A stretch of 38,429 nucleotides of DNA from Candidatus Woesearchaeota archaeon. Its GTDB lineage: Archaea; Nanobdellota; Nanobdellia; Woesearchaeales; ARS49. The notes under the pieces are model-generated. The model searched no databases, was not told the origin of the DNA, and was given only the letters and a program-made list of their open reading frames with translations. Of this stretch, positions 1 through 7,286 are shown one piece after another. Location of the stretch: contig JACPID010000023.1 of assembly GCA_016188265.1 (NCBI GenBank), forward strand, positions 1 through 38,429, read 5' to 3'. The translations under genes and the position numbers were made by a program. Positions within the stretch are counted from its first letter, which is position 1; every line of letters starts with the position of its first letter.

Positions 1-567
1 TATTATAATGGTGGTTGCTATAATTCTTGTGATCCTTCACAACAGCTTAAAGTTCCAAGACCATCTTCTGGCAGGTGGATAGATTGTGGTTTAAAAGAAT
101 GTTGCGTTTCACTTGAAAAATTAAAAATTCCCAAAACTGAAACAGTGCCAAAATCAGTTACTGAAGAATTTCTTGACTCAAAACCGCTTATTCCTATAGA
201 AGAGGTTGCGGTTCTTGATTGCCCTTCAAAAAATCACCTTGTTTCAAGAGAATTTACTTTTAAAAAAGAAGTTAAAAGAGAGACTGTTACTGCATTTGAG
301 CTTACTCAAGAGAGAGTTGAATTACGTGAAGACTGCAATATTAAAATGTCTGAAGTGAATGAAAAATTATCTAATTTGTGTAAAACTAAAAAATGTAGTA
401 ATACTTCTGAGAAAAAATGTTCAAAAAACCCAAAACCACTTGGATCTTATGTTGTTTTTAATGAAAATAAAAAATCGCCTACATATACTGGAGATTTACC
501 TTCAATTGAATTTACTTGTGATATTGTTATGCTTTGTGAGTGTGCTGAAGAAAAAATAAGTACCTAA
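1..567 (+). CDS. Cys-rich exported/pilin-cluster protein, 5'-truncated by the window edge
   Basis: Frame 1 is open from base 1 (YYNGGCYNSCDPSQQLKVPRPSSGRWIDCGLKECCVS...) into ORF 145..567; its W-x-D-C-x4-CC motif is shared with 3145..3435. Confidence 0.75.
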   Translation, partial: YYNGGCYNSCDPSQQLKVPRPSSGRWIDCGLKECCVSLEKLKIPKTETVPKSVTEEFLDSKPLIPIEEVAVLDCPSKNHLVSREFTFKKEVKRETVTAFELTQERVELREDCNIKMSEVNEKLSNLCKTKKCSNTSEKKCSKNPKPLGSYVVFNENKKSPTYTGDLPSIEFTCDIVMLCECAEEKIST

Positions 568-587
568 TACAATGAAAACTAAAATCA
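566..587 (+). repeat. 22-bp direct repeat, copy 1 (AATACAATGAAAACTAAAATCA)
   Basis: Exact match to 1542..1563; both copies have AAGTACC just upstream. Confidence 0.95.
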
Positions 588-595
588 TCTGATAT

Positions 596-985
596 TTAAT
601 AACTTTCAACAACTAAGTTCTTAATTCTAGAATAATGATTAACATTTCTAGTTAATATACTTTTGCCATGTTTTATGCATATTCCTGCAATCATGCAATC
701 TTCTGCGTCAATTTCTCGGCCTTCACTTTTTAATTTTGCTCTTATTTTTCCGCCGATTTTAGCGCTTTCAGAATCTAAATCAAGTAAGCCTCTTTTTGAA
801 AAGAAATCATTTAATTTTTCTAATTTTTTTTCATCTTTTATGCTGTAAATCCCTTGCCAAATTTCGAAAACTGTAACTGCAGTAGTGAAAAGAGAAATGT
901 TTTTTTGCATTAATTCTTTGGCTTTTTCAACAGCAGCTTTATCATTTCGCAATAAATCTATCAAAAAAGAAGTTTCTAATATCAT
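596..985 (-). CDS. vapC: PIN-domain toxin, VapC family
   Basis: ILETSFLID...FEI...DCMIAGICI...ILTRNVNHY PIN acidic-residue pattern; overlaps the antitoxin gene by 4 nt. Confidence 0.93.
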   Translation of the reverse strand: MILETSFLIDLLRNDKAAVEKAKELMQKNISLFTTAVTVFEIWQGIYSIKDEKKLEKLNDFFSKRGLLDLDSESAKIGGKIRAKLKSEGREIDAEDCMIAGICIKHGKSILTRNVNHYSRIKNLVVESY

Positions 986-1215
986 TGCAAAGACTTCCTT
1001 ATTCTTTCCATCCTTTTATTTGATTCTTTTCTAGATTCTTTGATTCTTTTTTCAACAAGATCTGCTTCTTCTTTTGTTAATAAACCTGCTAGTTCCAGTA
1101 AATCAGATTCTCCGCTTAATCTTTTAATTACATCACTGAAACTCTCATAATCTTCTTTTTTAGCGCTTAAAAAATCATATGCATCTTCTGTAATAGTTAT
1201 AGTTTTGGTTGCCAT
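982..1215 (-). CDS. vapB: VapB-type antitoxin (archaeal TKTITI...ESFSDVI family)
   Basis: 77 aa, MATKTITITEDAYDFL...ESFSDVIKRL signature; directly upstream of the PIN toxin. Confidence 0.9.
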   Translation of the reverse strand: MATKTITITEDAYDFLSAKKEDYESFSDVIKRLSGESDLLELAGLLTKEEADLVEKRIKESRKESNKRMERIRKSLQ

Positions 1216-1247
1216 ACAAGTACGTGTATGTACTTGTATTATTTAAG
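1214..1247 (-). promoter_or_regulatory. vapBC promoter with palindromic operator
   Basis: Perfect inverted repeat ATACAAGTAC-N6-GTACTTGTAT (1214-1239) between a CTTAAATA TATA-like box (1240-1247, minus strand) and the start codon. Confidence 0.7.
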
Positions 1248-1277
1248 CTTTTTTGTTCATACTGCACGTTTGCTGTT

Positions 1278-1390
1278 TGTCAAAAACTACTCACTGAACT
1301 AAGTAGCGTGTAGTTTTTGATCATGATCGAGAATCACTCGTCCTTTCTACTGACTAAAGTCAATAGTGTACGTTAGAGCAGTTTTTGACA
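1278..1390. mobile_element. 113-bp MITE/REP-like element with terminal inverted repeats
   Basis: TGTCAAAAACTACTC ... GAGCAGTTTTTGACA ends (14/15); internal stems TCAAAAACTAC/GTAGTTTTTGA and CTACTGAC-TAAA-GTCAATAG. Confidence 0.55.
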
Positions 1391-1398
1391 TATAAACC

Positions 1399-1406
1399 TT
1401 TAAATA
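1399..1406 (+). promoter_or_regulatory. TATA box of a probably leaderless pilin transcript
   Basis: TTTAAATA about 23 nt before ATG 1429; the context CTTTAAATAATC..ATCTTT recurs at 4967-4990. Confidence 0.55.
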
Positions 1407-1428
1407 ATCATTAATCTTTGTTGTTTTT

Positions 1429-1551
1429 ATGTTTAAAAGAGGAGATTTATCTTTGAACCAGTTAGTAAGAACTATTCTTGTTATTGCTTTTTTTGCTCTG
1501 GTTTTATATGCATTTTATACATTAACTAAAAAAGTACCCCCAATACAATGA
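1429..1551 (+). CDS. 40-aa micro-pilin-like protein (class III signal peptide)
   Basis: Translated by hand: MFKRG/DLSLNQLVRTILVIAFFALVLYAFYTLTKKVPPIQ*; ATGA overlap with the next gene; TATA box upstream. Confidence 0.75.
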   Translation: MFKRGDLSLNQLVRTILVIAFFALVLYAFYTLTKKVPPIQ

Positions 1552-1563
1552 AAACTAAAATCA
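1542..1563 (+). repeat. 22-bp direct repeat, copy 2
   Basis: Identical to 566..587; spans the micro-pilin stop and the start of 1548..2534. Confidence 0.95.
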
Positions 1564-2534
1564 ATAAAGCTCAACTTCAAATACAATATCTTGCTATTGC
1601 TGTTATTCTTTTAGTTTTTCTTGCATTTATGCTTGCTGTTGTAATGCCTAGATATATTAAATGGTGGAGAACTGGTGAAGAAGAAGCAGAATGCACTCTG
1701 TCCATCTGGATGGGTGCAATGAAGCAGTACTCAAGTTTAGGAATTTTAAGCTTACCTCCTCAGTGCAAGGCAAGAAATGTTGTTGTTGATAAAGCAAAGC
1801 TTTCAGAATATCAAGCTAAAGCAAAAAGTAAAATAGCAAAATATAAAGCAAATGATTATGAAAGAATTCTTGAAAAATTTAACAATCCTAAAGATGAAAA
1901 GCAAGTTAATGAATTAGCGCTAGACTTGCTTGTTAGTGATGAGCTTGTTTCCTGCTGGAAAAAAGTATTGCGGGGAAAGCTTCCAATGTTTGACAAGAAT
2001 TATAATGTTCTTGATCTTACTTTGTTTGGTGCATTTGAAGGAGATTATTCAGAGCGTGAAAAACAATTTGTTCAAAGTTCTAATGTAGGCTTTTTTGAAG
2101 TTTGGGGTCCTCCAAGTGCTTGTATTATTTGTTCACATATTAGGTTAACTGAAGATATTCAAAAATTAGGCCTTCCCGATGTAATAGAATCTGGCAACCT
2201 TGTTCTTGAACATACACCTGGACCTAAAGGATTTCCTAAATCTGCTTATGAATATTTAGAAGAAGGACAATATTTTCCTCCTACGTCTTTTTTTTCTCCT
2301 AATGAAAAACACATTGCAGTAGTTTATTTAAGAAGAAATATGCACTTAATTGATGAAGTGCTTGGAATTTTAAAACCTAAATATTTGTTACCAACATATT
2401 GGTTAAACCTTAAAACATATCCTGAAGGAGAAGTTCAAGATCAAAATCTTGTTGTTTTATTTCCATTTAATAAAGTTCAAAAACCAATAAGTAAAGAGGA
2501 GGGTGGTTTAGGATGTTTAAAAGTAGTTCAATAA
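1548..2534 (+). CDS. Pilin-like protein with class III signal peptide and Cys-containing extracellular domain
   Basis: MKTKINKA/QLQIQYLAIAVILLVFLAFMLAVV followed by a soluble domain with CW and CxxC motifs. Confidence 0.75.
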   Translation: MKTKINKAQLQIQYLAIAVILLVFLAFMLAVVMPRYIKWWRTGEEEAECTLSIWMGAMKQYSSLGILSLPPQCKARNVVVDKAKLSEYQAKAKSKIAKYKANDYERILEKFNNPKDEKQVNELALDLLVSDELVSCWKKVLRGKLPMFDKNYNVLDLTLFGAFEGDYSEREKQFVQSSNVGFFEVWGPPSACIICSHIRLTEDIQKLGLPDVIESGNLVLEHTPGPKGFPKSAYEYLEEGQYFPPTSFFSPNEKHIAVVYLRRNMHLIDEVLGILKPKYLLPTYWLNLKTYPEGEVQDQNLVVLFPFNKVQKPISKEEGGLGCLKVVQ

Positions 2535-2659
2535 GTAAAAAAGCTCAAGAAGGAGCTCCTGGAATATGGACTTTGGTAGTTATAATTATTACTCTTGTTT
2601 TTATTGCAACAATGATTTTAATAATTTATAAATCAGGAGAAATCCTGCAATTTCCATGA
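2513..2659 (+). CDS. 48-aa micro-pilin-like protein (class III signal peptide)
   Basis: Translated by hand: MFKSSSISKKA/QEGAPGIWTLVVIIITLVFIATMILIIYKSGEILQFP*; GGAGGGTGG SD upstream; ATGA overlap with 2656. Confidence 0.75.
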   Translation: MFKSSSISKKAQEGAPGIWTLVVIIITLVFIATMILIIYKSGEILQFP

Positions 2660-3105
2660 ATAAAAAAGCAATTACAGTTGGAACACTTGTAACAATTATT
2701 TTAGCGCTTGTACTGCTTGTAGTAATGTTAAGTATTCCTTTATATCAGTATGTCAATGAACATTTTTTTTCTGGAAATCTTTTAGGTACTGCAAAACAAA
2801 AATTAGGTCTTGAAAAAGAATCTGTATTTAGGCCAAAACAAGATCCTTTTGACGAAGCCAGATTGTTTTGTAAAAAAGCAATAATTAAATACAAAGATGT
2901 TAAAGAAAATGATAAGTTTGATGTTAATGGAGCTGAAATTTTAGTGAAAAAAATAAATTTTGATAATAAAACTGTATTGCTTGAAAAAAACAAAGAACTT
3001 AGAGAAGGCAGAGAAGGCGGTTATGCTTATTTTTCAGATGGCTTAGGATTCCATGTTGTTGTTATTCGTAGCAAAGATCTAGACACTTCATTATGCGTTG
3101 GTTAA
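2656..3105 (+). CDS. Pilin-like protein, class III signal peptide
   Basis: MNKKA/ITVGTLVTIILALVLLVVML. Confidence 0.8.
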   Translation: MNKKAITVGTLVTIILALVLLVVMLSIPLYQYVNEHFFSGNLLGTAKQKLGLEKESVFRPKQDPFDEARLFCKKAIIKYKDVKENDKFDVNGAEILVKKINFDNKTVLLEKNKELREGREGGYAYFSDGLGFHVVVIRSKDLDTSLCVG

Positions 3106-3144
3106 ACAATAAATATTTATAACTAAAAAAAATTAGAACTTAAT

Positions 3145-3435
3145 ATGATGAACAATAAAGGTTTGGATATTGGTATTGGAATAATTATTTTGCTAACCTT
3201 AGGCTTAATTCTTCTAATAGTATTTATTCCAATTATTACTCAAAAAATTCCAGAATGGACTGAAAAAGCTGAAGAGCTTGGTGAAAAAGCAGTAAAAATT
3301 GAGAATAATTGTGCTGCCCAAGGATATGTTTGCACTGCAAAAGATGTATGCGATGAAAAAGGCGCTGAACGTTCTGTTCCTGAAGGCAGCTGGTTTGACT
3401 GCAAGCCTCCTTCTGTTTGCTGTAAAATAATATAA
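3145..3435 (+). CDS. Small pilin-like protein with a six-Cys C-terminal knot
   Basis: MMNNKG/LDIGIGIIILLTLGLILL; C-x6-C-x5-C-x16-C-x5-CC. Confidence 0.8.
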   Translation: MMNNKGLDIGIGIIILLTLGLILLIVFIPIITQKIPEWTEKAEELGEKAVKIENNCAAQGYVCTAKDVCDEKGAERSVPEGSWFDCKPPSVCCKII

Positions 3436-3487
3436 TTTCATATGTTTCTTGTCCTAATAGGCGACAGGCCAGAATCTTGCTCTTGGT

Positions 3488-4765
3488 TTATTGTAACAGC
3501 CATTTCCACAAAGGGATGAATTCTATTTTTTTGTTTTTTACTTTTTCTTCTCCTTCGTAGTTTTCAGTAAGAACAAGTAATTTGTTGCACTTTAATTCTG
3601 CACTCGCGTTTACTAATGATTTTATTTCTCTTGCTTTAGTTTTTTCTTCTAATAGATCGTAACAAACTTGTATTAATTGTTCTACCTTATCTCTATTTTT
3701 TATTACAAAGTCTACTTCTTTGTTTTGTGTATTGTGCCAGTAATAAACTTCTTTTTTACTTCTTTTTAATTGTATTGCAACTATGTTTTCATATATTCTG
3801 CCCTTGTCTTTGCTGAATTTGAAACTTATGGCATTTCTTAGTCCTGTATCTATCGCATATGTTTTGAATGGATTGCTTATCTGTTTTTTTAACAAGTAGC
3901 TGAAAAATGGGATTTTTATGAGGAGATATGCGTTCTCCAAGTAGGTGAAGTATTTTATTGTTGTTGTAACACTCTTGCTTTTTGTGAGTTCTGTTAATTT
4001 TCTGTACGTGGTTAAATTGCCAGTATTTGTTACAACATATCTGGCTACTTCACTGATCTGATTAATATTCCCTATAGAGTATCTTTTAGCAACATCGTGG
4101 TAGAGGATGTCATTGAAGTATTCTTGTAATATCTCTATCTTTTGGTCTGTTATGTATTCTGGAAACCCTCCAACATCCACAAATCTTGAAAAATGTTTCA
4201 TAATGACAGCTCTTCGTTCTGTCAAATAAAAATCATCTTTTTCAAATAGAAAACCTTGCATTTTCAGGTACTCATCAAAGGCGAAAGGATATATTGATAT
4301 TTGGATATGTCTGCCAGTTAGTAGTGTTGCTAGTTCTTTGCTGAGAAGGTTTGCATTTGAACCAGTAATAAAGAATTTGAACTTATCTTCATATAGTCTT
4401 CTCACCCACTTTTCCCACCCGGATATGTTTTGTACTTCATCTAAGAAAAATGTGTTATGATTGCCGAATAGTTCTATGAATGTCTCGTGAAGTGTTGAAA
4501 AATCTTCTGATTCAAAATTTGATAATCTTTCATCTTCAAAATTAATGAAATAATAATTTTCATTGTAGAATTTGTTTATTATTTCCAAGAGTAGTATTGA
4601 TTTGCCACACCTTCTCACTCCTGTGATTATTACTGCGTGTTTTAACTTGATGAACTGCTCTATTTCTTTTACATAGTTTCTGATAACAAATGATTCTTTC
4701 TTTAGAGCTTCAACTCTATGTCTTTGTTCCAACAATACAATTTTTAATAGCTCTTTTGATATCAT
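3488..4765 (-). CDS. AAA+ ATPase (AAA_14 plus DUF4143/PD-(D/E)xK-like C-terminus)
   Basis: Walker A GVRRCGKS, Walker B FFLDEVQ, TGS, GGFPE, DTGL, ENIV, EVDF...IQV motifs. Confidence 0.92.
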   Translation of the reverse strand: MISKELLKIVLLEQRHRVEALKKESFVIRNYVKEIEQFIKLKHAVIITGVRRCGKSILLLEIINKFYNENYYFINFEDERLSNFESEDFSTLHETFIELFGNHNTFFLDEVQNISGWEKWVRRLYEDKFKFFITGSNANLLSKELATLLTGRHIQISIYPFAFDEYLKMQGFLFEKDDFYLTERRAVIMKHFSRFVDVGGFPEYITDQKIEILQEYFNDILYHDVAKRYSIGNINQISEVARYVVTNTGNLTTYRKLTELTKSKSVTTTIKYFTYLENAYLLIKIPFFSYLLKKQISNPFKTYAIDTGLRNAISFKFSKDKGRIYENIVAIQLKRSKKEVYYWHNTQNKEVDFVIKNRDKVEQLIQVCYDLLEEKTKAREIKSLVNASAELKCNKLLVLTENYEGEEKVKNKKIEFIPLWKWLLQ

Positions 4766-4854
4766 TAAATGAAAGTATTCTCACTATTTTTTAAATGTTT
4801 CTATAAATGGACATCTTTTTGAATTATTGTCCAACAGAATGGATGTATTTTGAA

Positions 4855-4950
4855 GACTATGAGCGCTAAAGCTGACACGCTTTATTTGAGAATCAAAGAA
4901 GGTAAATGCGCCATTAGAAAACTGCGGAAATAGCAGGGCTAAGATATTTT
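4855..4950 (+). pseudogene. Possible degenerate DUF2283-like fragment
   Basis: Broken frames give DY..ADTLYLRIKEGK and EIAGL(E)IF, resembling the YD..AD.LYI...G.I.G.EI pattern of DUF2283; no intact DUF2283-length ORF. Confidence 0.35.
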
Positions 4951-4967
4951 GAGTTTTTAAAGTAATC

Positions 4968-4975
4968 TTTAAATA
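4968..4975 (+). promoter_or_regulatory. TATA box of the second pilin operon
   Basis: TTTAAATA about 24 nt before ATG 5000; same context as 1399. Confidence 0.55.
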
Positions 4976-4999
4976 ATCTCTTTATCTTTTTATTGTGTA

Positions 5000-5476
5000 A
5001 TGAATAAAAGAGGCCAATTTCCTGGTTTAGAAGACATTGTTTATTATGTTGTTTATGCTATTCCTTTTATTCTTGTTATTGCTTTTTTAATTGTTTTACC
5101 TACTTATTTGTTTCCTGAAAAAGCAACTGCTGAACAAATTGATCAAGATGTGGTTATTGAACAGATTTCACAACTTGAGCCTGATGATTTTTTAACTATT
5201 GCTGTGCAAGGACAGGATTATGCTATGATTTTGTATGATAGCAATCATCCTGATATTCCTCTTGATTGCAATAAGCAGTCTTGTGTTTGTATTAAAAAAG
5301 AAGGAAGAACTTCTTGCAAACCTGTGAGTGTTTCTTCTTGTAATACAAAAACATATCCATGTATTGAAGGAGTGAGTCTTTGGGAAATAGAAAAAGAGGT
5401 TAAACCAATACCACTATGTTCAAAAGAAGGAAAAATATCCCTTGGAACTGGATGCGTAGCAGAAAGTCTCAGTTAA
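5000..5476 (+). CDS. Pilin-like protein, class III signal peptide, Cys-rich domain
   Basis: MNKRG/QFPGLEDIVYYVVYAIPFILVIAFLIVL; eight Cys in the C-terminal half. Confidence 0.8.
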   Translation: MNKRGQFPGLEDIVYYVVYAIPFILVIAFLIVLPTYLFPEKATAEQIDQDVVIEQISQLEPDDFLTIAVQGQDYAMILYDSNHPDIPLDCNKQSCVCIKKEGRTSCKPVSVSSCNTKTYPCIEGVSLWEIEKEVKPIPLCSKEGKISLGTGCVAESLS

Positions 5477-6465
5477 TTGATTTAATACTTACACCAGCAT
5501 TTGCTACCATGTTTATGCTAGGCATATTCTTAGTTTTTTTACTGTGGTATGTTGGAAGTTTAGCTAGCACTACTGTTTATGAGCGTGAATTTGTTTCTAG
5601 AAACTTTGCTTTAATGATTGATACTCTTCTTACTATTCCTGGAAATATCAATGTTTTATTTCAGCCTTCAAAAAATTTACAAGATTTTAGTTACGAAGTT
5701 CAATCAGACAATGTTATTGTCAGGGATAAAGATGGTTTTGAAACAAAGCATTTTTTTTTACCAAATTATTTAATAAATATTGAACTTTCTGAAGGAAAAT
5801 TAACAGATCTGAGATTTGTGAAGCCAGGAAATAAAATTATTATTGCTGATTCAACAATTAATCAAAATCTTTATGCTCTTAATTGTCCTTCTGAAAAGGT
5901 TGAAGTTAAATCTATTGTTGTTGATCCTGGCCATGCTTATAATCCTGAACGTAAACAATTTGATTCTGGATATGTTTTTGGTGAAAAGTTAGAATCTGAA
6001 GAAACAAAAGCTGTTGCAAGAGCATTGCAAATACCCAGCCAGTTTGTTATAAAATTTACTCGTTCTATTACTCCAGGTATTGATCAGTTAATTAGTGTAG
6101 GCCAAAGAATTAATACAATTAAAGCTGAAAATTCAGATCTTTTGCTTTCACTGCACTTTTCTAATGAACCAGAACTTTTCATCAAAGCTTTTATTCCTTA
6201 CCCTAGTAAAAATTTTGACAAAAGCCAAAGAATTGCTTGTGAAATACTTAACTCTCTTGCTCAAGCGCTTATCAACAATAATTATCCTTTAGAAGGTGTT
6301 GCTGTTATTCCTAGAAATTCTGAACTTACTTCAGATAATAGTGATGATGTATTATTACGTGATCAAGCAAGTGTTCTTTTAGAACTAGGTTCATTGAAGT
6401 ATAATATTGATCCTGCAATTGTTGGCCATTCAATTCTTGAAGGAGTGAAAAATGGCAGAACGTAG
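5452..6465 (+). CDS. Pilin-like protein fused to an N-acetylmuramoyl-L-alanine amidase (Amidase_3) domain
   Basis: MRSRKS/QLID plus TM helix (ORF track starts at 5416); then IVVDPGH, LE, FTR, QRIN..DLLLSLH, SVLLELG, the His/Glu/His zinc ligands and catalytic Glu of Amidase_3. Confidence 0.8.
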   Translation: MRSRKSQLIDLILTPAFATMFMLGIFLVFLLWYVGSLASTTVYEREFVSRNFALMIDTLLTIPGNINVLFQPSKNLQDFSYEVQSDNVIVRDKDGFETKHFFLPNYLINIELSEGKLTDLRFVKPGNKIIIADSTINQNLYALNCPSEKVEVKSIVVDPGHAYNPERKQFDSGYVFGEKLESEETKAVARALQIPSQFVIKFTRSITPGIDQLISVGQRINTIKAENSDLLLSLHFSNEPELFIKAFIPYPSKNFDKSQRIACEILNSLAQALINNNYPLEGVAVIPRNSELTSDNSDDVLLRDQASVLLELGSLKYNIDPAIVGHSILEGVKNGRT

Positions 6466-6886
6466 TTTTCAAATTCAAGCTTTATATTATACTATTTATA
6501 TTTCAATGGCATTAATTGTTATTTTTTTAGTGCGCCAAATTCCTGACATAGTGCTGTCTAAAGATATTCAAACACATGAAATTGAAACATTTATTTACAA
6601 TGAGCGTATTTATCAATCAATAACTCCTTTTAATAAAATTCTTAAAATTCCAGATTATGAAAAAATAATTTTAGACCAAAAACATCTTGTGAAATCATTT
6701 CCAATTAAAAAAAGAGCTTTTTACATAAAATATGACGATAATGAAATTTTACTTAATCCTGAAGATGATCCTTATTTTTACGACAATAGAAGGGCTTTAG
6801 CTCCAATAACTTACGGTTTATTGCAAGATGCAAGAATTAAACAAGGAAAACCGGTATTAATTGAACAGGTATACGAATATGAATAA
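6452..6886 (+). CDS. Single-TM protein of the pilin operon
   Basis: N-terminal hydrophobic helix; overlaps both neighbours; no clear basic-G/A cleavage site. Confidence 0.7.
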   Translation: MAERSFQIQALYYTIYISMALIVIFLVRQIPDIVLSKDIQTHEIETFIYNERIYQSITPFNKILKIPDYEKIILDQKHLVKSFPIKKRAFYIKYDDNEILLNPEDDPYFYDNRRALAPITYGLLQDARIKQGKPVLIEQVYEYE

Positions 6887-7286
6887 CAAAGCAATGCTGC
6901 AAGCACCAACTTTAGTTGTTTCTATGCTTGTTATTATACTTCTTTTTTCTGGATTTTTCTTAACTTTTTCACAGCTTTCAAAAAGTACTTTAGAAATTAA
7001 ATCTCAAGAACAAGACTTACAAGTTGTTAGCAAAGCATTGTCTTTATTTCAACAAAATATTGATGGCATACTTATAACAGAACTAATTATTAAGGGCAAT
7101 GTCAATGTTTTTAGCAAATTAGTAAAAGATGTTTATGGAGCAACAGCACGCTGTAGGCTTATTATTGATGGCAAAAATCTTGATGTTGGCTGCCTAGATA
7201 TTGATGAGCCTCCTGTAAAAGTAAAACTTGAAGTTCCATACATAAATGGTGAAATTTATAACATTCTTTTTGAGGTAGTTTCATGA
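6879..7286 (+). CDS. Pilin-like protein, class III signal peptide
   Basis: MNNKA/MLQAPTLVVSMLVIILLFSGFFL; ATG 6879 preferred over TTG 6861. Confidence 0.75.
   Translation: MNNKAMLQAPTLVVSMLVIILLFSGFFLTFSQLSKSTLEIKSQEQDLQVVSKALSLFQQNIDGILITELIIKGNVNVFSKLVKDVYGATARCRLIIDGKNLDVGCLDIDEPPVKVKLEVPYINGEIYNILFEVVS

Noticed and set aside
359..3441. Short alternative-frame or antisense ORFs (359, 663, 2745, 3214)
   Set aside because: They overlap better-supported genes and show no motifs.
3460..5030. Direct repeat flanking the AAA ATPase (AGGCCA...TGGTTTA)
   Set aside because: Only short gapped matches; not convincing.
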